Assembly (NCBI RefSeq): GCF_000189295.2
Contig: NC_016803.1
Location: 3,180,001-3,212,000, forward strand
Direction: 5' to 3'
DNA from: Pseudodesulfovibrio mercurii
Lineage (GTDB): Bacteria > Desulfobacterota > Desulfovibrionia > Desulfovibrionales > Desulfovibrionaceae
DNA: 32,000 bases
Shown: positions 9,347 to 20,368 of the stretch, in pieces
Layout: every line of letters begins with the position of its first letter
Position numbering within the stretch: the stretch's first letter is position 1
Notes under the pieces: model-generated
What the model saw: the letters and a program-made list of their open reading frames with translations, nothing else
Databases searched by the model: none
What the model was told of the DNA's origin: nothing
Made by a program: the position numbers and the translations under genes

Positions 9347-10828
9347 ATGAGCGAACATCTTCCCCTGCTCGAGGTGGCCGTGAGCGGCGACCTCCCCCTC
9401 GGCATCCTGCCCCACATGGCCAACCGCCACGGCCTCATCGCCGGGGCCACCGGAACCGGCAAGACCGTCAGCCTGCGCGTCCTGGCCGAGCATTTCAGCG
9501 ACATCGGCGTGCCGGTCTTCATGGCCGACGTCAAGGGCGATCTCGGGACCATGGCCCGGCCCGGCGGCGACCACGCCAAGGTCAGGGAGCGGGTGGAGCA
9601 GCTCGGGCTTGCCGATTTCACCTACCAGGCCTACCCGGTGACCTTCTGGGACGTGTTCGGGGCCAAGGGACACCCCCTGCGGACCACGGTCTCGGAGATG
9701 GGTCCGCTGCTCCTGGCCCGGCTGCTCGATCTGAACGACACCCAGAGCGGGGTCCTGTCCATGGCCTTCCGCATCGCCGACGACGAGGGGCTGCTGCTCC
9801 TGGACCTGAACGACCTGCGGGCCATGCTCGTCTACCTGGCCGAGAACGCCAAGCGGTTCCGGGCCCAGTACGGAAACATCTCGGCGGCCTCGGTGGGGGC
9901 CATCCAGCGCGGCCTGCTCGCCCTGGAGGAGCAGGGCGGAGACGAATTCTTCGGCGAACCCGCCCTGAACCTGGACGACCTGATGCAGACCGAGGGCGGC
10001 AAGGGCATGATCAACATCCTGGCCGCGGACCGGCTGCTGCGCTCGCCGCGCGTCTACTCGACCATGCTCCTGTGGCTCCTGTCCGAGCTGTTCGAGGCCC
10101 TGCCCGAGGTGGGCGACCCGGAAAAGCCCCGGCTGGTCTTCTTCTTCGACGAGGCGCACCTGCTCTTCGACCGCGCCCCACGCGCCCTGGTGGACAAGAT
10201 CGAGATGGTCGTCCGCCTGATCCGCTCCAAGGGCGTGGGCGTGTATTTCGTCACCCAGATGCCCACGGACCTGCCGCCCGAGGTGCTCGGCCAGCTCGGC
10301 AACCGCGTGCAGCACGCTCTGCGCGCCTACACCCCGCGCGACCGCGAGGCCGTGCGCACCACGGCCCAGACCTTCCGCATCAACCCGGACCTGGACGTGG
10401 AGGCGGCCGTGACCGACCTGGGCGTGGGCGAGGCCCTGGTCTCGTTTCTCGAACGCAAGGGCGCGCCCGCCATGGTCCGGCGGGCCTTTATCCTGCCCCC
10501 GCGCAGCCGCCTGGGCGTGCTCGAACCGGGGGAACAGGACCAGCTCATCCGGGGCTCGGTCCTCTACGGCCACTATGAACAGGAGATCGACCCGGAGTCG
10601 GCCTACGAGATCCTGACCGCCCGCCGCCAGGAACAGGAGGAGCAGCGCCAGGCCCAGCTCCAGCAGCAGGAACGCGAAAAGGAGGAGCGCAAGGCCGCCC
10701 GGGCCGGCCGCTCCAACTCCAACCGCCAGGGACTGGTGGAGGCCTTCGCCAAATCCGCCATCCGCTCCATCGGTTCCGCCTTCGGCCGCCGCATCGTGCG
10801 CGGCGTGCTCGGCGGCCTCCTGAAATAA
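9347..10828 (+). CDS. DUF853/HerA-like (YjgR-type) P-loop ATPase
   Basis: Walker A GATGTGKT, Walker B-like LVFFFDEAH, and a basic C-terminal tail (...[14 protein letters not shown]) typical of the YjgR/DUF853 family. ATG 9347 chosen because the conserved N-terminus begins there. Confidence 0.82.
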   Translation: MSEHLPLLEVAVSGDLPLGILPHMANRHGLIAGATGTGKTVSLRVLAEHFSDIGVPVFMADVKGDLGTMARPGGDHAKVRERVEQLGLADFTYQAYPVTFWDVFGAKGHPLRTTVSEMGPLLLARLLDLNDTQSGVLSMAFRIADDEGLLLLDLNDLRAMLVYLAENAKRFRAQYGNISAASVGAIQRGLLALEEQGGDEFFGEPALNLDDLMQTEGGKGMINILAADRLLRSPRVYSTMLLWLLSELFEALPEVGDPEKPRLVFFFDEAHLLFDRAPRALVDKIEMVVRLIRSKGVGVYFVTQMPTDLPPEVLGQLGNRVQHALRAYTPRDREAVRTTAQTFRINPDLDVEAAVTDLGVGEALVSFLERKGAPAMVRRAFILPPRSRLGVLEPGEQDQLIRGSVLYGHYEQEIDPESAYEILTARRQEQEEQRQAQLQQQEREKEERKAARAGRSNSNRQGLVEAFAKSAIRSIGSAFGRRIVRGVLGGLLK

Positions 10829-10850
10829 TTCCCCCGCAGGATCACGGAAA

Positions 10851-10884
10851 AGGGATGCGGGTGGATGCCTGCATCCTTTTTTTT
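10851..10884 (+). terminator. rho-independent terminator of the DUF853 gene
   Basis: ggatgc (10853-10858) / gcatcc (10871-10876) hairpin followed by a T8 run at 10877-10884. The T-run is also the IS target site. Confidence 0.7.
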
Positions 10885-10885
10885 A
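10878..10885. repeat. left copy of the 8-bp target-site duplication TTTTTTTA
   Basis: Identical octamer directly abuts the other IS end at 13067-13074. Confidence 0.8.
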
Positions 10886-10913
10886 CGGCATTTTAAAAAA
10901 TAATGTTGCTTTT
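10886..10913. repeat. IS left terminal inverted repeat
   Basis: See the mobile element entry; hand-aligned, 23/28 identity with the right end. Confidence 0.75.
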
Positions 10914-10963
10914 GCCGAAAAAAGTCTAACTATTTAGTATGGACTAAAAGGAGGCAAAGCGCA

Positions 10964-12010
10964 ATGTCTATTCAGGCCGTTATCAACCAGTTCAGATCGT
11001 TGAATAAAGACCAGCAGGAAGCCTGCGCCCGCCGCATCGAAGCCTATCTCCACGAGCACATCGAGGGGTTGAAGGGGTTCAGGGATACCATCGTCGAGGC
11101 GCGTTTCGCTGATGGCAGGCACTGCCCCAGGTGCGGAAGCGTCGATGTGAAGCGTTGGGGCGCGTACAGCGACAAGAACGCCTACATGGCCCGCCAGCGG
11201 TACATGTGCAAGGATTGCGGACGCACCTTTACCGAACTGACGGGGACGCCGATGGCGGGGACCCACAAGCCCGAGCTGTGGTCCCGCTACATCCGATGCA
11301 TGATCGAGGGGTTGAGCCTTCCCCGGACCGCCAAGCGGCTCGAGATTTCCATCCCCACGGCCTTCTATTGGCGGCACAAGATCCTGTGTGGCCTGAAGGC
11401 GTTGCATGCCCGGGATATCCTGTCCGGCATCGTCGAGATGGACGAAACCTTTTTCGTCGAATCCAACAAGGGAAGCCGCAACCTGAAGCACCGTCCTCCG
11501 AGGAAGCACCGGGGCGTCGCACGGAAACGCGGTATCTCGAACGAACAAGTGGCCGTGTTGGTGGGGCTCAGCCGCGATGGTGACGTGTTAAGCCATGCCG
11601 CTGGCCGGGGGCGCTTGTCGGCCGATCAGGTCGCGCGGGCCATCGGCGGCAACATCATGCCGGACAGCACGCTTGTCACGGACTCCATGTCCGGCTTCGC
11701 CACCTACGCCAAGCGCGAGGGCATCCGGCATGTCCGCTTGAACAGCCGTCAGGGCGTGTACACCCAGGGTGTCCACCACATCCAGCACGTCAACAACTAC
11801 CACGCGGGTCTCAAGGAATGGATGCGCCGGTTCTGCGGCGTGGCCTCGAAGTTCCTCGACCACTACATGGCGTGGTTCAACCTGTTGCGGATCGTGACCA
11901 AGCTGGAATCCAAGAGCAGGCTGGAGGAATTCTACCGTCAGGCTTGCCGCAAGACCGCCTATGCGCCCGTCAGGGACTTCCGGGCATTCAAGGTCGGCCA
12001 GGAGCCGTAA
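10964..12010 (+). CDS. IS1595-family DDE transposase with N-terminal zinc-ribbon
   Basis: AAGGAGG lies 9 nt upstream of the ATG. CPRCG...CKDCG zinc finger. Blocks IVEMDETF, LVTDSMSGF and HIQHVNNYHAGLKEW are characteristic of the ISXO2-like/IS1595 DDE domain. Confidence 0.88.
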   Translation: MSIQAVINQFRSLNKDQQEACARRIEAYLHEHIEGLKGFRDTIVEARFADGRHCPRCGSVDVKRWGAYSDKNAYMARQRYMCKDCGRTFTELTGTPMAGTHKPELWSRYIRCMIEGLSLPRTAKRLEISIPTAFYWRHKILCGLKALHARDILSGIVEMDETFFVESNKGSRNLKHRPPRKHRGVARKRGISNEQVAVLVGLSRDGDVLSHAAGRGRLSADQVARAIGGNIMPDSTLVTDSMSGFATYAKREGIRHVRLNSRQGVYTQGVHHIQHVNNYHAGLKEWMRRFCGVASKFLDHYMAWFNLLRIVTKLESKSRLEEFYRQACRKTAYAPVRDFRAFKVGQEP

Positions 12011-12087
12011 CCGGCCAAAATGTTTCGCTCCGGGGTGGACCGCCATGCGCCATTGTCGTATGAGGTGAAAACTCATCAGGAGCGGAT

Positions 12088-13032
12088 ATGAAGGTCGAAA
12101 TAGGCGAATCGCTGGTAAGGACGTGGGTACGCCATTGCAGGGGGTGCCAACTGGCCGAACTGAACTGGAAGCCGTCCCCCATATGGCCTGGGGAGATCAC
12201 TGCCGAACACGAACAGTGGTACAGGGAAGGCGCCGCCGAGTTCTCGGGAAAAGTCTTGAAAAAGACATCCAGCCTTTCCCAGTTCCTCGGCCAGGCCGAA
12301 ATCGACGTACTCGGCGTGCAGTTCGTGCAAGGGATGGCAAGGAAAGTCATCGCCGCCGACATTGCCTTTCACACGAACGGGCTGCAATACGGCCCTAAAG
12401 CCGAGACCGCCGCCCGGATCGTCAAGAAGCTGTTTCGGACGGCTCTGACCATCGACATCCATTTCCCCGGCGTGCCCGCCGAGATCCTTTTCCTGTCCCC
12501 AAAGGTCAACAACGCTACTATCCAGGGCGTGAAGGAAGCTGCCCGGATGATGGAATCCTTCTTCCGTGGACGCCGGGACGGCTTCCGGTTCCAGACCATT
12601 ATCAACCAAGGCTTCAAAAACATCGTACTCGACGATGTGACCCCGCTCCAAAAGCAGGTGGCCGACACAAGCGAACTATATCTGCGAGCGGCCCAGCTCG
12701 TGGGGCTGTTTGAAGACCGTGTTCCGCGTCCCGCAAAGGCCACTGCCGCTCCAGCGCAATCTGCCCCACGCAAAACCGGGCAGACCCTACCCATCGAATA
12801 TGTGCCGGGCGACACCAAGGAATTCAAGCGCCTTCTTCTCAAGCAGGGTGCCGTCATCCAAGAACATTATGCCGACGGCAGAACCAAGGAAAGACAGTGG
12901 GATGCAAGCGGAATGCGTGAGACATCCAGTGTCAGCGGAAACTTGCGTTCGAAGAGCTGGTACAAGGGCGGGGCTTGGCTGACCAGCGGTATCAGCAAGA
13001 TCGTCGTGAAAATCATTGGCTACGACACCTAA
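12088..13032 (+). CDS. hypothetical protein (IS passenger); possible restriction-endonuclease-like N-terminal fold plus an unknown C-terminal domain
   Basis: AGGAG lies 5 nt upstream of the ATG. 314-aa ORF inside the IS boundaries. N-terminal pattern E7...(AEIDVLGV)...(IAADIAFH) loosely resembles a PD-(D/E)xK arrangement but lacks the Lys. I do not recognise a family. Confidence 0.65.
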   Translation: MKVEIGESLVRTWVRHCRGCQLAELNWKPSPIWPGEITAEHEQWYREGAAEFSGKVLKKTSSLSQFLGQAEIDVLGVQFVQGMARKVIAADIAFHTNGLQYGPKAETAARIVKKLFRTALTIDIHFPGVPAEILFLSPKVNNATIQGVKEAARMMESFFRGRRDGFRFQTIINQGFKNIVLDDVTPLQKQVADTSELYLRAAQLVGLFEDRVPRPAKATAAPAQSAPRKTGQTLPIEYVPGDTKEFKRLLLKQGAVIQEHYADGRTKERQWDASGMRETSSVSGNLRSKSWYKGGAWLTSGISKIVVKIIGYDT

Positions 13033-13038
13033 TCGCTG

Positions 13039-13066
13039 AAAAACAACAGAATGTTTTAAAATCCCG
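13039..13066. repeat. IS right terminal inverted repeat
   Basis: Reverse complement aligns with 10886-10913 (23/28). Confidence 0.75.
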
Positions 13067-13074
13067 TTTTTTTA
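13067..13074. repeat. right copy of the 8-bp target-site duplication TTTTTTTA
   Basis: Identical to 10878-10885. Confidence 0.8.
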
Positions 13075-13411
13075 TAGGATATGCAGGGCGCAGGGGAGGG
13101 GAAACCGGGCGGTGAAGGCCCTTTCGCGGCGGCGTTCCCGGTGTTTTTTCGGAGCCCGGCCCATCCCGAGTCGAAAAGTCGAATCGCCTCCGGCGCCTTC
13201 GGTCGTTCTTTTCGACCGACCCGGGTAGTTCCCCAGAGCCAACCCCGACCGCATCCCTCTCCGGCCGATCCGAGCCACCCCTCATCGCACCCCCGAAACA
13301 CTCCCCGGCAGGGACCGGAAACAAGGAGTGACGACCCCTTTTTCGGTCCCTGACCCGGTGGTATTTTTTTGCCCCTTTCCCCCTTGTCAGCCCCCGAAAA
13401 GGGCTTATGTT

Positions 13412-13499
13412 TTGATTGACCGATCAATTAAAATGTGAAGATTTTTTAAAAATAAAGTTAAAACAATAAGTTAAAGTGCAAAATTTTACTTCACATTTT
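13412..13499. promoter_or_regulatory. AT-rich upstream region of the ygiW-like gene with symmetric sites
   Basis: TTGAT-N6-ATCAA at 13412-13427. Perfect 11-bp inverted repeat aaaatgtgaag (13430-13440) / cttcacatttt (13489-13499), containing TGTGA/TCACA cores and separated by 48 bp of AT-rich DNA. Confidence 0.3.
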
Positions 13500-13580
13500 G
13501 TTACACTGTGGTAGATGAAAGGCATCGCCGGTTGGGAACCGGCAGTGAGAAGCCAACAAATTTACAGAGAGGATATTGTC

Positions 13581-13940
13581 ATGAAGCGTTTCACCTTTGC
13601 CCTGATGCTCGTGTTTACCGTCTTTGCCGCCACCGCTTTCGCCGCCGCCAACACCTTTGCCGGCTCGTTCCAGTCCCAGGACATGCGGGCCCACACCGTG
13701 GCCGCCGCCAACGCCTCGGGCATGGACACCGGCGTGGCCCTGCACGGCCATATCGTCAAGGTCATCAACAACGACAGCGTGCTGTTCTCCGACAATACCG
13801 GCGAACTGCTCGTGCACATTGAGAACGCCGAGACCAACCCGGCCGCCCTCACCCATGCCGACGTGGACATCAACGGCAAGATCGTCGGCGACCTCATGTA
13901 CACCGAAGTCCAGGCCGACTCCGTGACCCTGGACAAGTAA
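13581..13940 (+). CDS. YgiW/YdeI-like bacterial OB-fold (BOF) periplasmic protein
   Basis: AGAGAGGA lies upstream of ATG 13581. Signal peptide MKRFTFALMLVFTVFAATAFA|A. Size about 119 aa. Pattern ...VALHGHIVKVINNDSVLFSDNTGELLVHI...DINGKIV is typical of this family. Confidence 0.78.
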   Translation: MKRFTFALMLVFTVFAATAFAAANTFAGSFQSQDMRAHTVAAANASGMDTGVALHGHIVKVINNDSVLFSDNTGELLVHIENAETNPAALTHADVDINGKIVGDLMYTEVQADSVTLDK

Positions 13941-13964
13941 TTCCATCCATATATTCACCCAAAA

Positions 13965-13993
13965 GGGACGCCCGAAAGGGCGTCCCTTTTTTT
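13965..13993 (+). terminator. rho-independent terminator of the ygiW-like gene
   Basis: gggacgccc / gggcgtccc 9-bp stem, GAAA loop, T7 run at 13987-13993. Confidence 0.85.
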
Positions 13994-14006
13994 GTGCCTC
14001 CGGCGG

Positions 14007-14066
14007 CCGGGGGAAGGGGGGAGGGGAACCCTTTGGAAAAGGGCTTCCCCTCCCCCCTTCCCCCGG
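14007..14066. repeat. long perfect G-tract/C-tract hairpin (22-bp stem plus inner 5-bp stem)
   Basis: ccgggggaaggggggaggggaa (14007-14028) is the exact reverse complement of ttcccctccccccttcccccgg (14045-14066). The loop ccctttggaaaagggc is itself self-complementary. Confidence 0.85.
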
Positions 14067-14241
14067 ACCCCCATCCCCTCTCCCCTCCTAAACTTTTTAT
14101 CGCCGCTTCGCGGGGTGCGAGCATGGGAAGTCGTGCTCGGGCGGAATCTGCGTTGTCTTCCTCATTTTCCCGCAAAAATGATCTGCCCTTCCGCGTCCAT
14201 ACGCCTTTGCCGAAGGCACATAAAACGTTTGGAAGGGGGGT

Positions 14242-14277
14242 CCAGGGGGGAAACTTATTCAAAAGTTTCCCCCCTGG
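14242..14277. repeat. perfect 15-bp G-tract/C-tract hairpin
   Basis: ccaggggggaaactt (14242-14256) / aagtttcccccctgg (14263-14277), 6-nt loop. Confidence 0.85.
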
Positions 14278-14291
14278 CCGCCGGAGGCATC

Positions 14292-14325
14292 AAAAAAGAA
14301 GGCCTCCCGCCGGTGGCGGGAGGCC
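14292..14325 (-). terminator. rho-independent terminator of the PFOR gene
   Basis: ggcctcccgcc / ggcgggaggcc 11-bp stem (14301-14325) followed on the minus strand by a T-rich run (plus-strand A6 at 14292-14297). Confidence 0.8.
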
Positions 14326-14401
14326 CATAACGCGGGGGTGATTCCTTAGGAGTTATATTTTGTAAGTTGCGGTCACAAAACTCCACCCGCGTTATTGTCG
14401 G

Positions 14402-18100
<3,699 letters not shown>

Positions 18101-20221
18101 CTAGAGGTTCCTCTGGCCCTGGGCCTGGATGGCGGTGATGGCCACGGTGTTGACGATGTCCCGCACGCGGCAGCCGCGCGACAGGTCGTTGACCGGCCTG
18201 TTCAGCCCCTGGAGGACCGGGCCGATGGCCACGGAGCCGGGCACGGCCCGCTGCACGGCCTTGTAGGTGTTGTTGCCGGTGTTCAGGTCCGGGAAGATGA
18301 AGACCGTGGCCCTGCCCGCCACCTCGGAGCCGGGCAGCTTGGTCCGGGCGACCTCCGGGTCCACGGCCGCGTCGTACTGGAGCGGCCCCTCGATGGGCAG
18401 GGAAAGCCCGCGCTCCCCGGCCAGTTCCTTGGCGATGGCCGTGGCCTCCACGACCTTGTCCACGTCCGCGCCCGAGCCGGACCCGCCCGTGGAATAGGAG
18501 AGCATGGCCACGAACGGGTCGATGCCGAAGAGCCGGGCGGTCTGGGCCGAACTCAGCGCGATCTCGGCCAGCTGCCGGGCGTCGGGCTTGGGATTGACCG
18601 CGCAGTCGCCGAAGCAGACCACGCGGTCGCCCATGCACATGAGGAACACGGACGAGACGATGGCGGCGTCCGGCTTGGTCTTGATGAACTCGAAGGCGGG
18701 CCGGATGGTCTGGGCCGTGGTGGTCACGGAGCCGGAGACCATGCCGTCGGCCTGGCCCGCGTGGACCATCATGGTCCCGAAATAGGTCGGGTCCACCATG
18801 CGGTCGCGGGCGTCCGCCATGCGGATGCCCTTGTGTTTGCGGGCCTCGAAGTAGCGCTCGGCGTAGTCCTCGAAGAGCGGCGAGGAGGCCGGGTCCACCA
18901 CGCGGGCGCCGTTCAGCTCCACGCCCAGGCCCGCCGCCTGGGCGGCCACGGCCTCGGGGTCGCCGAGCAGGGTGATGTCCGCCACGTTGCGCCGCTGCAA
19001 TATCTCGGTGGCCCGGAGGATGCGCTCGCTCGTGCCCTCGGGCAGGACGATGCGCATGCGCTGCGCCCTGGCCGTCTCGATGAGGTTGTATTCGAACATG
19101 ATCGGCGTGATCTTTGTGGTCCGGGAGGCGACCAGCCGGTCGCGCAGCTCCTCGATGTCCACCTGGGCCTCGAACAGGCCGATGGAGGCGGCGATCTTGG
19201 CCGGGTGTTCGGGGTCGATGGTTCCGTGCAGGGCCTGGAGGGTCTGGGTGACCATGTAGGTGTGGTCCCGGGCGCTCAGGATGGGCAGGGGCACGCCGGT
19301 CCAGCCCTCGATGAGCCGGTGCATGGACACGGAGGGCTGGATGCCGCCGGTCAGGACCATGCCCGCGATGTTCCCGTAGGCCGCGGACTGGCGCGAGGAG
19401 ATGGCCGCCAGGATGATGTCCATGCGGTCGCCGGGGGTGATGATCAGGGCCCCGTCCTCAATGTATTCCAGGAAATGGGTGATGTGCATGGCCGCGGTCA
19501 GGAAGCTGTCCACCGGGGTGTCCAGGCTGCCGTGGCCGTAGAGGACCTTGGCGTCCAGCCACTTGATGACGTCGTGGATGGTCGGGTTGCCCAGCCGCTT
19601 GTCGTCCGGGATGGCGTAGGTCAGCAGGGGCTGGGCCGTTCGGGTCCGGGCCTTGAGGTCCCTGAGCATCCCGGGGGAGAAGTCCGGCCGGGCGCGGTTG
19701 ACGATCAGCCCCAGGACCTCCAGGCCGCGCTCCTCGAAGATTTCCACCGTGCGCTGGGCCGAGCCGCACAGCTCGTCGTCGGTCCGGTCCAGGCCGTTGA
19801 CCACGACCAGGACCGGGCAGCCCAGGTTGGAGACGATGCTCACGTTGATCTCGAACTCCAGGGTGGCGCTGCCGCCGATGTAGTCCGTGCCCTCGCAGAG
19901 CACGAAGTCGTACTCCTTTTCCAGCTCCTTGAACTTGTTCAGGGTGTTCTCCAGGAGCAGGGCCTTGTTGCCGCTGTTGATCAGCCTGCGGGCCTCGCTC
20001 AGGGTGTAGCCGTAGGTCCGCTCATAGGGCTGGTCGAGCTTGAAGTGGCGCAGCAGCAGGTCGATGTCGTGGTCGCGTCGTCCCTCCAGCGGGTCGCTGA
20101 CGACCGGGCGGAACACGGCCACGTTCTGGAGGTTGGCGCGCAGCAGATGCATGACCCCGAGGACGATGGCGGACTTGCCGCTGCGGGCTTCGGTGGCTGC
20201 TATGTAGAGGCTCTTGGACAT
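18101..20221 (-). CDS. pta: phosphate acetyltransferase, long form (N-terminal CobQ/DRTGG-type regulatory region plus PTA domain)
   Basis: Start MSKSLYIAATEARSGKSAIVLGV with AGGAG upstream. The C-terminal half contains typical Pta blocks (MVSGSVTTTAQTIRPA..., SYSTGGSGSG, PVNDLSRG). Confidence 0.93.
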   Translation of the reverse strand: MSKSLYIAATEARSGKSAIVLGVMHLLRANLQNVAVFRPVVSDPLEGRRDHDIDLLLRHFKLDQPYERTYGYTLSEARRLINSGNKALLLENTLNKFKELEKEYDFVLCEGTDYIGGSATLEFEINVSIVSNLGCPVLVVVNGLDRTDDELCGSAQRTVEIFEERGLEVLGLIVNRARPDFSPGMLRDLKARTRTAQPLLTYAIPDDKRLGNPTIHDVIKWLDAKVLYGHGSLDTPVDSFLTAAMHITHFLEYIEDGALIITPGDRMDIILAAISSRQSAAYGNIAGMVLTGGIQPSVSMHRLIEGWTGVPLPILSARDHTYMVTQTLQALHGTIDPEHPAKIAASIGLFEAQVDIEELRDRLVASRTTKITPIMFEYNLIETARAQRMRIVLPEGTSERILRATEILQRRNVADITLLGDPEAVAAQAAGLGVELNGARVVDPASSPLFEDYAERYFEARKHKGIRMADARDRMVDPTYFGTMMVHAGQADGMVSGSVTTTAQTIRPAFEFIKTKPDAAIVSSVFLMCMGDRVVCFGDCAVNPKPDARQLAEIALSSAQTARLFGIDPFVAMLSYSTGGSGSGADVDKVVEATAIAKELAGERGLSLPIEGPLQYDAAVDPEVARTKLPGSEVAGRATVFIFPDLNTGNNTYKAVQRAVPGSVAIGPVLQGLNRPVNDLSRGCRVRDIVNTVAITAIQAQGQRNL

Positions 20222-20252
20222 GTCGGTCTCCTTGGACCGGCCCGGTGGAGAA

Positions 20253-20288
20253 CCGGGAGAAGGCGGTTGTCGGAGCGCCTTCTCCCGG
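20253..20288 (-). terminator. strong stem-loop between rnfB and pta (terminator/attenuator or processing site; no clear U-tract)
   Basis: Perfect 13-bp stem ccgggagaaggcg (20253-20265) / cgccttctcccgg (20276-20288). A second 9-bp hairpin is at 20291-20331. Confidence 0.35.
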
Positions 20289-20368
20289 CCGGATGCCGTG
20301 GGTGACGTCGGGGCTGTTGACGACGGCATCCGCTATGCTCCGTAGGGCATGGGGTATGGCTTGGTTGG

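Larger units (their letters stand above)
10886..13066 (+). mobile_element. IS1595-family insertion sequence (2181 bp) carrying a transposase plus one passenger gene
   Basis: Terminal inverted repeats match at 23 of 28 positions (cggcattttaaaaaataatgttgctttt versus the reverse complement of 13039-13066, cgggattttaaaacattctgttgttttt). Flanked by a perfect 8-bp direct repeat. Interior GC is visibly lower than in neighbouring genes. Confidence 0.8.

Noticed and set aside
13412-13427. TTGAT-N6-ATCAA as an FNR box
   Set aside because: The canonical FNR site is TTGAT-N4-ATCAA, so the spacing here is wrong. It is kept only as a generic symmetric site within a broader finding.
13081-13427. ORFs 13081-13353 (+, 90 aa), 13056-13427 (-, 123 aa), and a 38-codon GTG ORF after AAGGAG at 13329
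   Set aside because: The translations are Pro/Gly/Arg-rich with no start context (except the tiny GTG ORF) and no recognisable fold. The region overlaps repeat and hairpin sequence and more likely does not code for protein.
13992-14341. ORFs 13992-14330 and 13994-14341 (+) and 13894-14262 (-)
   Set aside because: They are read straight through the perfect G/C-tract hairpins (peptides such as KGFPSPLPP) and are artefacts of palindromic repeats.
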